From Candidatus Omnitrophota bacterium (GTDB lineage Bacteria > Omnitrophota > Gorgyraeia > Gygaellales > Profunditerraquicolaceae): 64,000 bases of DNA. Made by a program: the position numbers and the translations under genes. The stretch covers positions 106,048 through 170,047 of the forward strand of contig QZKH01000003.1 in NCBI GenBank assembly GCA_003598025.1, written 5' to 3'. The notes beneath the pieces are model-generated. The model did not search any database. It had not been told where the DNA came from and saw nothing but the letters and a program-made list of their open reading frames with translations. Of the stretch, positions 45,330 to 53,156 are shown piece by piece (positions within the stretch are counted from its first letter, which is position 1; each line of letters starts with the position of its first letter).

Positions 45330-45420
45330 TAATCAGCTATTAGCTTTCAGTCGTCAGCTGTCAGCTATGATCTATCAACCCTGTCTACCGGCAGGCAGCC
45401 ATGAACTACAAACCAATCTA
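45330..45420. repeat. mosaic repeat (modules B, J, A)
   Basis: cagctattagctttcagtcgtcagctgtcagct; ctgtctaccggcaggcag; ccatgaactacaaacc. Confidence 0.7.
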
Positions 45421-45445
45421 TACCACACATTTGTGTGGATGTCAA
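45417..45445 (-). promoter_or_regulatory. lexA promoter (TTGACA-17-TATAGA, read on the minus strand) with a 16-bp palindromic candidate LexA operator in the spacer
   Basis: The minus strand reads TTGACA tccacacaaatgtgtgg TATAGA. The palindrome CCACACAtt/aaTGTGTGG lies at 45423-45438, about 95 nt upstream of the lexA ATG. Confidence 0.5.
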
Positions 45446-45454
45446 GCCTTTTAG

Positions 45455-45527
45455 GTCCGTTTCTCCCGCTGACCATAGAGTTGCCCCCGCTGGGGGCACT
45501 TCTGTGATGAGTGGGAGAAACGGACCT
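45455..45527. other. 73-nt structured element: 14-bp outer inverted repeat enclosing a GC hairpin
   Basis: ggtccgtttctccc ... gcccccgctgggggc ... gggagaaacggacc. Lies between the methyltransferase stop and the lexA promoter. Confidence 0.35.
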
Positions 45528-45537
45528 CCCCTGCTGA

Positions 45538-46218
45538 TTAATAACAGTGGGTGCAGATGAAGATAAATTGAAAGGCGGTTAGCTTGGTTAGGATATTTAG
45601 CCTGTGGCCAAGGCCTGTGGGGATAATTTTAATTATTTTACATCCGGATTGCTCTATCATCCGTATTGCGGTTTTCATGGTAAAGAACCTAAGGTGCTGG
45701 CTGTGCATTATACCATTATCGTAGTCAAAATTTCCGAATAAATGCCTTAATCTGTATTCTATTCTGGCTATGTTCGGTATAGAAATTATTATTTTGCCTT
45801 TATTTTTAAGGTTCTCTTTGATAAATTTATTCAGCACCCTGGAGGGCTCGGGTAAGTGCTCTAGTATATCCACAAATAGTATCTGATCGTATTTGAAGCC
45901 AGGTAATGAAAAAGTATTGCTCGATAGGTCTATTCTATAGGTATTTCTGTAGCCGTTCTCTTTAGCTTTGCTAAGCAGACATTCTTCTATATCTATTCCG
46001 TCTACGACACAGTTTTTGTTTTTGATAAGCCATTTACCTATATAACCGGAATTACACCCTACATCAAGTACGGCTGTATCTGTGGGCATAAGCCCAAGAA
46101 TGATGCTATGCGGGCTGTGAGGATCGGTGTTAAAAGTATGAGTCTCAATGTTTTTTATCAAAATATCCTTATTGTAAGCCCATGAACCATGAACCATGAA
46201 CCATGAACCATGAACCAT
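45538..46218 (-). CDS. class I SAM-dependent methyltransferase; N-terminus encoded by module-A repeats
   Basis: 'VLDVGCNSGYIGKWL' motif I and 'ILFVDILEH' motif II-like. The N-terminus 'MVHGSWFMVHGSW' is translated from (catgaacc)n. The true start is uncertain. Confidence 0.7.
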   Translation of the reverse strand: MVHGSWFMVHGSWAYNKDILIKNIETHTFNTDPHSPHSIILGLMPTDTAVLDVGCNSGYIGKWLIKNKNCVVDGIDIEECLLSKAKENGYRNTYRIDLSSNTFSLPGFKYDQILFVDILEHLPEPSRVLNKFIKENLKNKGKIIISIPNIARIEYRLRHLFGNFDYDNGIMHSQHLRFFTMKTAIRMIEQSGCKIIKIIPTGLGHRLNILTKLTAFQFIFICTHCY

Positions 46219-46225
46219 GAACCAT
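46176..46225. repeat. tandem octamer repeat (catgaacc)x6
   Basis: ccatgaaccatgaaccatgaaccatgaaccatgaaccatgaac. Confidence 0.9.
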
Positions 46226-46243
46226 GAACAAACCTACTCTTAC

Positions 46244-46486
46244 TTACTTTTTGTATATATACCCTTTATTATTCTCTTCTATCTTCTTTTGGATTTGTTC
46301 TTTTGTGTATTTTGCTTTATTAGGGTTCTTGATGACTTTGGCTTTCGGGCAAGTCACTTCAATCCTGGCTCCTTTGCATTTCTTTGAAGACTTTTGTTTG
46401 TTTTTTGCCAATACGATATCGTTTGTATTTAGGATGAATAGAAAAGAAAAAAACATAATCAAAACAAAATTAATTTTCCGCATCAA
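46244..46486 (-). CDS. small secreted lysine-rich protein (hypothetical)
   Basis: Signal peptide 'KINFVLIMFFSFLFILNTNDIVLA', co-oriented with neighbouring genes. The overlapping + strand ORF 46224-46499 is the less likely alternative. Confidence 0.35.
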   Translation of the reverse strand: MMRKINFVLIMFFSFLFILNTNDIVLAKNKQKSSKKCKGARIEVTCPKAKVIKNPNKAKYTKEQIQKKIEENNKGYIYKK

Positions 46487-47288
46487 TTCTCCTTTTTAAT
46501 TTATTATTCATTATTTGGCTAACAGTCAGGTTATTCTTGCCCTGAGGGTCATTTTCACTGATAAATTTAAACCATTCTTCAATAACCCCGGGATTCTCAT
46601 CAAAATTAAAAACATGAGTTACTACTCCAAAGACTTGATCACCTTTAAAGGCGTTATAGATCTTTTTTAATTTTACCAGGTTAATTTTGCCTCCTAAGAA
46701 TCCGTATCCTAAGGTATAGACCGTTGTTCCCTTTATAATGCTTTTTACTGGCGCGCTTACCGCATTATTTGCTACAAAGCCTTCTGTCCTATAAGGCACC
46801 CCCTGTACCCAGTCATTAATATCCGGGTTACCAAGCGTATTGATTTTTAAAGGGTAAGCAAGCCGGTTTAATATATCAGCATAATCTTGCATGGTGCCTT
46901 TGAATCTTGGATCGTTAAATTTGTTTTTATCATCACTATAGCCATCCCAAGTATACTTATGCGTTGCCGGATGGTGGTGTCCTGCAATTTCGTGGCCATT
47001 GTTTTGCCAGGAACGCAAACGTGATAATTTTTGTTTATCTGATAATATCATGTTTGCCCATTGAGGAGTAAATTCAATGGTTAATTTTATCTTATAAGTA
47101 TCAGCAAGTTGTACAAACGAACACAAAGTCTCAAACATCCTGTTAAATGCTGTTGTCGGCTCGCAGTGCACTGCGAAGAAATGCAAGGGGATACTTTTGG
47201 TTTCTTTTGCCGCAAGGACTTTAACAGGGTAAATTAAGATTAACGCAAATACCAGTGTGTAAATAATTGGTTTAAGGTATGTTTTCAT
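46470..47288 (-). CDS. secreted protein, possible carbohydrate esterase/deacetylase-like fold
   Basis: Signal peptide; His-rich 'HFFAVHCEP...GHEIAGHHHP' putative metal-binding residues. Confidence 0.45.
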   Translation of the reverse strand: MKTYLKPIIYTLVFALILIYPVKVLAAKETKSIPLHFFAVHCEPTTAFNRMFETLCSFVQLADTYKIKLTIEFTPQWANMILSDKQKLSRLRSWQNNGHEIAGHHHPATHKYTWDGYSDDKNKFNDPRFKGTMQDYADILNRLAYPLKINTLGNPDINDWVQGVPYRTEGFVANNAVSAPVKSIIKGTTVYTLGYGFLGGKINLVKLKKIYNAFKGDQVFGVVTHVFNFDENPGVIEEWFKFISENDPQGKNNLTVSQIMNNKLKRRIDAEN

Positions 47289-47499
47289 TATTATCAGCTT
47301 TCAGTCATCAGCGTTCAGCAAGCTGTGGTCTGTGGACCGTGGTCTGTAAACTAATAGATGCTCGATTCTAGATACTAGATTCTCGATACGCCGTACGCAA
47401 TACGCATAACGCAATATTTGTGTCTTTGTGACTTTGTGTCTTTGTGACCAGATACTTTATCTATTTCTATGAACTATGAACCATCAGCTATGAACTAAC
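47289..47499. repeat. most complete mosaic repeat element (module order B-G-F-C-H-I-A)
   Basis: cagctttcagtcatcagcgttcagc | gtggtctgtggaccgtggtctgt | gctcgattctagatactagattctcgatac | gccgtacgcaatacgcataacgcaata | ttgtgtctttgtgactttgtgtctttgtgac | cagatactttatctatttc | tatgaactatgaaccatcagctatgaac. Confidence 0.9.
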
Positions 47500-47916
47500 C
47501 TACTCCCCTATTATCTTTATTAATACCCTTTTCTTTCTTTTTCCGTCAAACTCCCCATAAAATGCCTGTTCCCAGGGGCCAAAATCGAGTTTCCCTTTGG
47601 TTACCGCAATGACTATCTCTCTACCCATAATTGTTCTTTTTAAATGGGCATCGGCATTATCTTCACCTGTCAGGTTATGATTATATCTGGATGGATCATG
47701 AGGAGCAAGCTTCTCAAGCCATGAGGAAAAATCTTTGTGCAGGCCCTCTTCATCGTCATTAATAAATACGCTTGAAGTGATATGCATTGCGTTGACAAGG
47801 CAAAAGCCTTCCTGAATTTTACTTTTTTTAAGGGCAGATTCTATTTGGGGAGTGATATTTATGAATGCGATGCGTTCAGGAGTATTAAACAAAAGATGCT
47901 CACTGTAGCTTTTCAT
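47500..47916 (-). CDS. YjbQ/UPF0047 family protein (secondary thiamine-phosphate synthase-like)
   Basis: '[15 protein letters not shown]...[15 protein letters not shown]...[19 protein letters not shown]' matches the YjbQ family. Confidence 0.8.
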   Translation of the reverse strand: MKSYSEHLLFNTPERIAFINITPQIESALKKSKIQEGFCLVNAMHITSSVFINDDEEGLHKDFSSWLEKLAPHDPSRYNHNLTGEDNADAHLKRTIMGREIVIAVTKGKLDFGPWEQAFYGEFDGKRKKRVLIKIIGE

Positions 47917-48538
47917 CTTCAGGGGGCGTTTCTTTTTTATGATGTTTAGGGTTTATTATTCCTCCGGAAATAATAAGCTGCATAGCATCTTTTATAGATA
48001 TGTCCGTGTTCACGACTTCGGCTCTAGGGATTAATGCATAGAACCCGGATGTAGGGTTAGGAGAAAACGGTATATAGATACCTATTAAATCAGGGCCGAT
48101 TTTATTATCCGCTTCATCCATGCCATCGTTTGTAATAAATCCAATCATCCATGTGCCTTTTTTCGGGTATTCGACCAAAACGGTCTTCTTAAACTTCTCC
48201 TTCTTGGAGGAGAACATGAATTCAGTGATCATTTTTATTGCAGGATAAATCTGGTTGATTAGCGGGAACCTTTTTATTATTCTTCCGAAAGCGCGGATAA
48301 AAAGCTTGCCTATAAATATTTTGCTTAAGAAGCCAGCGAACGTTACGATTGCAATAAATATAAGTATGCCCAATCCGGGTATATATATTCCGAAGGTATT
48401 ATTTAAATAGTTGCTTATATATTTACCGGTAGTATTATCAATGAAATGGAATAAAGCCAGAATTATATAAATGGTTAAAAATAGCGGAAGAGTTATTAAA
48501 AGGCCTGCGAAGAAGTAGTTCTTTATCCTTTTTAGCAT
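47900..48538 (-). CDS. DUF502 family membrane protein
   Basis: '[34 protein letters not shown]' is a typical DUF502 N-terminus. Confidence 0.65.
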   Translation of the reverse strand: MLKRIKNYFFAGLLITLPLFLTIYIILALFHFIDNTTGKYISNYLNNTFGIYIPGLGILIFIAIVTFAGFLSKIFIGKLFIRAFGRIIKRFPLINQIYPAIKMITEFMFSSKKEKFKKTVLVEYPKKGTWMIGFITNDGMDEADNKIGPDLIGIYIPFSPNPTSGFYALIPRAEVVNTDISIKDAMQLIISGGIINPKHHKKETPPEDEKLQ

Positions 48539-48548
48539 AGTTTAAACT

Positions 48549-49523
48549 TTAGCCAAGTATATGCCTGGCCATACTGATCACGTCTTTAATATACTTTATG
48601 TTATTAGGTATGTAGCAGCCTGCTATATCGAAATGCCCCCCTCCCCCATATTTCTCGGCAATTGAGGCTATATTCAGCCTGCCTTTTGAGCGCAGGCTAA
48701 CGCGCAGGTGCTTTTTGTTTTTCTCACGGAACAAAATCGCGATTTCGACTTCCTGTATTGAGCGGATCTCATCGGCGACAGTATCTACGTCTTCATCGCT
48801 GCCGTCAACCATCTCAAAATCTTTCTTCCTGATTATTGACCATGCAAGGCTGCCGTTTTTAAGGAACTTGCATCTTTTCATGCATATGCCGCTTAATATT
48901 ACTGATTGGCGGGTCCGTGACCAATAAACTGTTTCGGCTAATTTATGGAAATCTACGTTTTTCTTTATGAGGTCAGTACAAATCTCAAAAGTAAGGGGTT
49001 TTACCGTAGGCAGCCTGAAGGAATTGGTTTCTACGATTATGGAAGTAAGCAAGTTGTGGGCGATATCTTTGGTGATTCCTACTCTTAATTTTTTGAGCAG
49101 CTGGTATATTAATTCTCCTACGGCGGCGGATTTTTTATCAATAAGCGCAATTGTCCCAAATGGGCGCCTGAATTCATGATGGTCAATCTCAAGGACTTCT
49201 TTTGCCGACCTAAAACTTCGCCCATATGTTTTTCCTAATATTTCTTTATTGCTGCAGTCTACCGCAATCGCCAAATCAGGCTGTTCGTTTATTTTATTTT
49301 TAATACGCGATGCCCCGGGCAATGAACGGTAACGCTTGGGGACGCCATCAGAGCTAATGAGATGGACTTTTTTACCAAGCTTCTCTATCCCTAAACCCAG
49401 GGCCAGAAGAGAGCCTATTGAGTCTCCATCCGGGTTAATATGGCTGGCTATAGCAATATTACTCGACCTTAAGATCGCGTCTTTTACTCTTCTGTAATCT
49501 GTTATTACGTTAAAGCTAGTCAT
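48549..49523 (-). CDS. nrnA: DHH/DHHA1 phosphoesterase (NrnA-type bifunctional oligoribonuclease / pAp phosphatase)
   Basis: 'IASHINPDGDSIGS', 'DHH' motif, C-terminal 'GGGGH' DHHA1. Confidence 0.85.
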   Translation of the reverse strand: MTSFNVITDYRRVKDAILRSSNIAIASHINPDGDSIGSLLALGLGIEKLGKKVHLISSDGVPKRYRSLPGASRIKNKINEQPDLAIAVDCSNKEILGKTYGRSFRSAKEVLEIDHHEFRRPFGTIALIDKKSAAVGELIYQLLKKLRVGITKDIAHNLLTSIIVETNSFRLPTVKPLTFEICTDLIKKNVDFHKLAETVYWSRTRQSVILSGICMKRCKFLKNGSLAWSIIRKKDFEMVDGSDEDVDTVADEIRSIQEVEIAILFREKNKKHLRVSLRSKGRLNIASIAEKYGGGGHFDIAGCYIPNNIKYIKDVISMARHILG

Positions 49524-49626
49524 GATCTTATTTTAGTCTAATAAACTATTTTTTTCAATTAAAATATAGGGGTATAAAATTGCAGGGTTTAGGGCTTGTC
49601 TATCAGGAAACAACGAGAACAAAAAA

Positions 49627-49662
49627 AGAGCTGCCTGTTTTATAATCAGGCAGCTCTTTTTT
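49627..49662 (-). terminator. bidirectional intrinsic terminator
   Basis: gagctgcctg / caggcagctc 10-bp stem flanked by an A-run and a T-run, downstream of the TRL gene. Confidence 0.6.
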
Positions 49663-49673
49663 CCTAATACAGA

Positions 49674-49997
49674 TTAATCCCCGTATACGGTTGTCGTATA
49701 CTCTCCGTAAACACCTAGGATATTCTTTGCGTCGTAATCAACATATTTTATCTTGGTGATCCTGCCATTTGCCATAGCCGCCTTGATACTGGCATCACCT
49801 GTGGCTACCAATCCTAATATTGATGTAGCTTTGGAAGTACCGACCTTGCTGTACGAACCAACGTCAACACCTGTAGCAACAGGAGCTTTTACCTCGGTAT
49901 AAAGTATACCAGTGGGTAAAACGCTGGCGCAGCCAGCCAACAATGAGGCTGAAAATATTACTACTACCATAATTATCAACCCTTTTTTCATATGCAC
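49674..49997 (-). CDS. TRL-like family lipoprotein
   Basis: Lipobox 'LLAGCAS'; 'SILGLVATGDASIKAAMANGRITKIKYVDYDAKNILGVYGEYTTTVYGD' matches the TRL domain. Confidence 0.65.
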   Translation of the reverse strand: MHMKKGLIIMVVVIFSASLLAGCASVLPTGILYTEVKAPVATGVDVGSYSKVGTSKATSILGLVATGDASIKAAMANGRITKIKYVDYDAKNILGVYGEYTTTVYGD

Positions 49998-50044
49998 CTC
50001 CTTCCTATTAATTCTAATACAAAAAACTTAAAATAAAAGCATTT

Positions 50045-50563
50045 TTATATATTTTTTCCCGCTTTTTTTTGTGTTAAATAACGGTTTAATTTTAGTATTA
50101 TGAGAGTAATAAAATAGGTTATAATGCCAAGGGCCAATGCCATTATAAGATAGCCTATTACTACAGGTATGGCTATTTTTATAATGGACATCTTAAACAA
50201 ATCTGCTAAATGGAAAGTCTTTAGAAAATAGACCCAGTCATAATAAATATTTTCCCATTGTAATCCGAGAAGTGCCGCCCCGACTTTTATGGAGAGAATA
50301 AAAGTTAAAAGGCTTAACCATGTATTGGTAAGCAGTACTCCTAACAGTGCGCTTGCGCGGTTTGCCCTTAAGATAACTGCAATAAAAATAGCAGTTAACG
50401 GGCCTATGGTCGGTGTTAACCCGGCAAACACCCCTATTCCCAGCCCAAGGGCGATTTTTTCCGGCGAATCATTTATTTTAAATATTTTACTATATAATGC
50501 CTGCCATAGATCCAGTAAGCTTCTTTTTTCTTTGCTCTTGTTATTTTGATTGTCCATTATCAA
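50045..50563 (-). CDS. DUF2062 family membrane protein
   Basis: 'IALGLGIGVFAGLTPTIGPLTAIFIAVILRANRASALLGVLLTN'. Confidence 0.6.
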   Translation of the reverse strand: MIMDNQNNKSKEKRSLLDLWQALYSKIFKINDSPEKIALGLGIGVFAGLTPTIGPLTAIFIAVILRANRASALLGVLLTNTWLSLLTFILSIKVGAALLGLQWENIYYDWVYFLKTFHLADLFKMSIIKIAIPVVIGYLIMALALGIITYFITLIILKLNRYLTQKKAGKNI

Positions 50564-51509
50564 TTGACTCTATGTTTGTTCCCAGGAATTCTTGGCTACT
50601 TGAGTTTTCCTGGATCCAGCCATTATGTAATCCGTATTTATGCATGATCTCTTCTGCGTATACATATTCTTCTGGGCTGAGGCCTTTTGACAATTCTACA
50701 TATTCATTTGCTTTATAGCAAGGAGTATATTGGCTCATGAGGCTTACAAATAATTCAGAGGACACATCTTTACTTATAAAACGCATGACTTCTTCGGTGC
50801 CGGATATGTTGTCCGGAAGAACAAGGTGCCTTACGATTACCCCTTTTTTTATTATTCCTGCTGAATCTAATTCTACGTTTCCTACTTGCCTGAACATCTC
50901 CTTAAGCGATTCCCTGTTATAATGAGTATAATTTCTTGCGTTGGAATATTTCGATGCTTGGGAATCATCTCCGTAACGCATATCGGTTAAGTAAATATCA
51001 ATAATTCCGTCGAGCAATTCTATCATCTCAGGTAACTCATATCCGCTGGTATTATAGATTATAGGGATATTCAGGCCGTTATCTACCGCTATATTTAAGG
51101 CCATAAGGATTTGGGGCATTACATGAGTCGGGGTCACAAGATTTATGTTGTGGCAGCCAAGTGTCTGTAATTTTAACATAAACTCGGCAAGATCCCCGGG
51201 CGTAACAGGTTTACCGCTTTCATTTTGGCTGAATTTATAATTTTGGCAATATACACATTGTAAGTTACATCGGGAAAAAAATACTGTCCCTGAGCCTCTA
51301 TCGCCTGATATGGGAGGCTCTTCGCCGTAATGAGGCAGATAGCTATGGACTAATGCCGATAATCCGGTTTTACAGAAGCCCTTCTGATCCTTGCATCTGT
51401 TAACTTTGCATATACGCGGACAAATTGAGCATGATCCTAACAACCGGTAAGCATGCCGGCAAGCTTTGTCTATTAAAGATTTCTTATCTAAGTTTTTATG
51501 CTTAAACAT
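50541..51509 (-). CDS. radical SAM enzyme (AmmeMemoRadiSam-system-like)
   Basis: CNLQCVYCQN CxxxCxxC cluster, plus an N-terminal Cys-rich 'CSICPRICKVNRCKDQKGFCK' typical of this subfamily. Confidence 0.75.
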   Translation of the reverse strand: MFKHKNLDKKSLIDKACRHAYRLLGSCSICPRICKVNRCKDQKGFCKTGLSALVHSYLPHYGEEPPISGDRGSGTVFFSRCNLQCVYCQNYKFSQNESGKPVTPGDLAEFMLKLQTLGCHNINLVTPTHVMPQILMALNIAVDNGLNIPIIYNTSGYELPEMIELLDGIIDIYLTDMRYGDDSQASKYSNARNYTHYNRESLKEMFRQVGNVELDSAGIIKKGVIVRHLVLPDNISGTEEVMRFISKDVSSELFVSLMSQYTPCYKANEYVELSKGLSPEEYVYAEEIMHKYGLHNGWIQENSSSQEFLGTNIESIDNGQSK

Positions 51510-52026
51510 AAGATTGGCCGGATAAAATACTTCTCATGTCTTTAAATATTTGAGCATATTCAGTTGTCCTGTAATCAGGGTAAGTCCATGGCAATGGCAT
51601 GAATGTCTTATTGATATATTGCAGGGTTAATTCTGCGAAAATGCCTTTATCCAGATATATCCGGTGGCTGAAGTCTTTAGTTGAGGCCAGGATCACTTTT
51701 GCCAGGGTAAGATATCCAGGGTCTACATTAACTCTTCTTTTACCCAGGGTAGAGAATTTATGTTCAATTTTATTTGTCAGTATTTTTATTTTTGCCAGCT
51801 CGTTCGGTTTTATCAACCTTTTAAAACTAAAGAATACTCTTAAAAGCCCATCACCCATCTCTTCCTCGTAGTAATCCGTATAATCAAATTTAAGGGCAGA
51901 GCTTGCATAATCGATTTTACCGAATTTGGAAATTAATATTTTGCGAAGGCAGTCAAAGTCGTTGACATTTTTGTAAAGAATACCAGTAAACATTTTTACC
52001 GGATTCGCTGGCGCAGTCTTGCCCAT
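51502..52026 (-). CDS. hypothetical protein (possibly DUF4416)
   Basis: 174-aa ORF overlapping the radical SAM gene start; the family assignment is weak. Confidence 0.35.
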   Translation of the reverse strand: MGKTAPANPVKMFTGILYKNVNDFDCLRKILISKFGKIDYASSALKFDYTDYYEEEMGDGLLRVFFSFKRLIKPNELAKIKILTNKIEHKFSTLGKRRVNVDPGYLTLAKVILASTKDFSHRIYLDKGIFAELTLQYINKTFMPLPWTYPDYRTTEYAQIFKDMRSILSGQSYV

Positions 52027-52046
52027 TTGACAATTAGAAGGTTTGG

Positions 52047-52409
52047 TTATGAAGGGTTTGAATAGAAATGGCTTAGGTACTCTGAAATCTTTTTCTTCTG
52101 CTCATCTTTTATGTCATTGAAGAAAATAGCGATTTTAAAACCGCCATTAGTGTCGTCTTCTGTCCTGACTATAACCCCGGTGCATTTAAGAGGAGCATTC
52201 TTCTTAAGCCGTTTATTTCCTGGGGGCAGGGATATATCTACGGCCACTTTAGTAAATGGAGGGATATATTTATCAACGTGGCAATATGCGCCTATACAGC
52301 TTACGTTTTCAGTACTGGTAGCAAAATCATAACCGTTTGCAATGACTCTAAACGGTAATGTTGCCGTAACGCGCGGGTATTGCCTTCTTTCTTTGCCTGT
52401 TTTATTCAT
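52047..52409 (-). CDS. PilZ domain protein
   Basis: 'RRQYPRV' RxxxR motif and a 'D/NxSxxG'-like 'ENVSCIGAY'. Confidence 0.6.
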   Translation of the reverse strand: MNKTGKERRQYPRVTATLPFRVIANGYDFATSTENVSCIGAYCHVDKYIPPFTKVAVDISLPPGNKRLKKNAPLKCTGVIVRTEDDTNGGFKIAIFFNDIKDEQKKKISEYLSHFYSNPS

Positions 52410-52591
52410 TATTCAGCTTTATTGCCTTTTTCTTTTGATTTCGCTAAATACTTTTTCCAGCATTTCTTTGTGCAGTAATATTTTCCGTCGCGGTAATAAC
52501 GCCTTATTTTTTTAATCGGTTTTCCGCAGCCTAAACAGTTAGTTTGTTTTTCAACTGCGGGCGCTTCCTGGGTATTTGCTTCTGCTGCCAT
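52409..52591 (-). CDS. small zinc-ribbon protein
   Basis: CLGCGK...C..KC pattern; 60 aa, Lys-rich. Confidence 0.4.
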   Translation of the reverse strand: MAAEANTQEAPAVEKQTNCLGCGKPIKKIRRYYRDGKYYCTKKCWKKYLAKSKEKGNKAE

Positions 52592-52607
52592 TTCTTTTAC
52601 CTTTCTT

Positions 52608-52952
52608 TTAAGCTATAACTGTTTCTAGTTGTATGAAATCCTTGATAAAATTCCTTTGTTTTAATTCTATTTCCTGAAATTCCACCCCTACGTTGTAATT
52701 ATTTGAATGTGGTATAGGGTTAGACCAGGCAACTCTTCCTACCGGATTGATCGCGCTTGATAATATCCTGGTCTCCAGCATTAGGTTCGAAGAAGGCGCA
52801 ATAAACCTGTCGCTTAAAAAGCGTATGCCCCCCGCGCTTATATCTTTTAAAGTTGCAGTATAAATGCGGGGAGAACCTCTTATTGCGAATTTCAAGGGAG
52901 CATTAAGATCAATGCGAGGAAATTGCCTCTTATTAATTTTAACAGTCTCCAT
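52608..52952 (-). CDS. PilZ domain protein
   Basis: 'KRQFPRIDL' RxxxR and 'DISAGGIRF' DxSxGG motifs. The start was set at METVKIN. Confidence 0.6.
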   Translation of the reverse strand: METVKINKRQFPRIDLNAPLKFAIRGSPRIYTATLKDISAGGIRFLSDRFIAPSSNLMLETRILSSAINPVGRVAWSNPIPHSNNYNVGVEFQEIELKQRNFIKDFIQLETVIA

Positions 52953-53006
52953 TTTTATGTTTGGAGGAACCGTGGCTTTTCCTCTTATTAAGCAAAAATA
53001 TATCAT

Positions 53007-53144
53007 ATAAGTGATGGTATGTCAATAGTTTAGTTCATTGTTCATGGTTCAGAGTTCATAGACATACAGCTGTGCTATGAACCTTGAACTATCAACCTTG
53101 AACTAAACCTGATTTACTTTTTTTTAATTTCTGCTATAATTACA
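53007..53144. repeat. module-A imperfect palindrome
   Basis: tagttcattgttcatggttcagagttcatag ... ctatgaaccttgaactatcaaccttgaact. Confidence 0.75.
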
Positions 53145-53156
53145 TTGAGGTGTAAA

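Noticed and set aside
45455-45527. Hammerhead ribozyme interpretation of the nested hairpin element
   Set aside because: The CUGAUGA and GAAA core boxes are not both present with correct spacing (the sequence has cugugaugag ... gaaac). Only a generic structured element is claimed.
46224-46499. + strand ORF (91 aa) overlapping the minus-strand small secreted ORF
   Set aside because: It is hydrophobic and low-complexity, opposite in direction to all neighbouring genes, and begins inside the catgaacc repeat. The minus-strand ORF, which has a signal peptide, is more plausible. Neither is certain.
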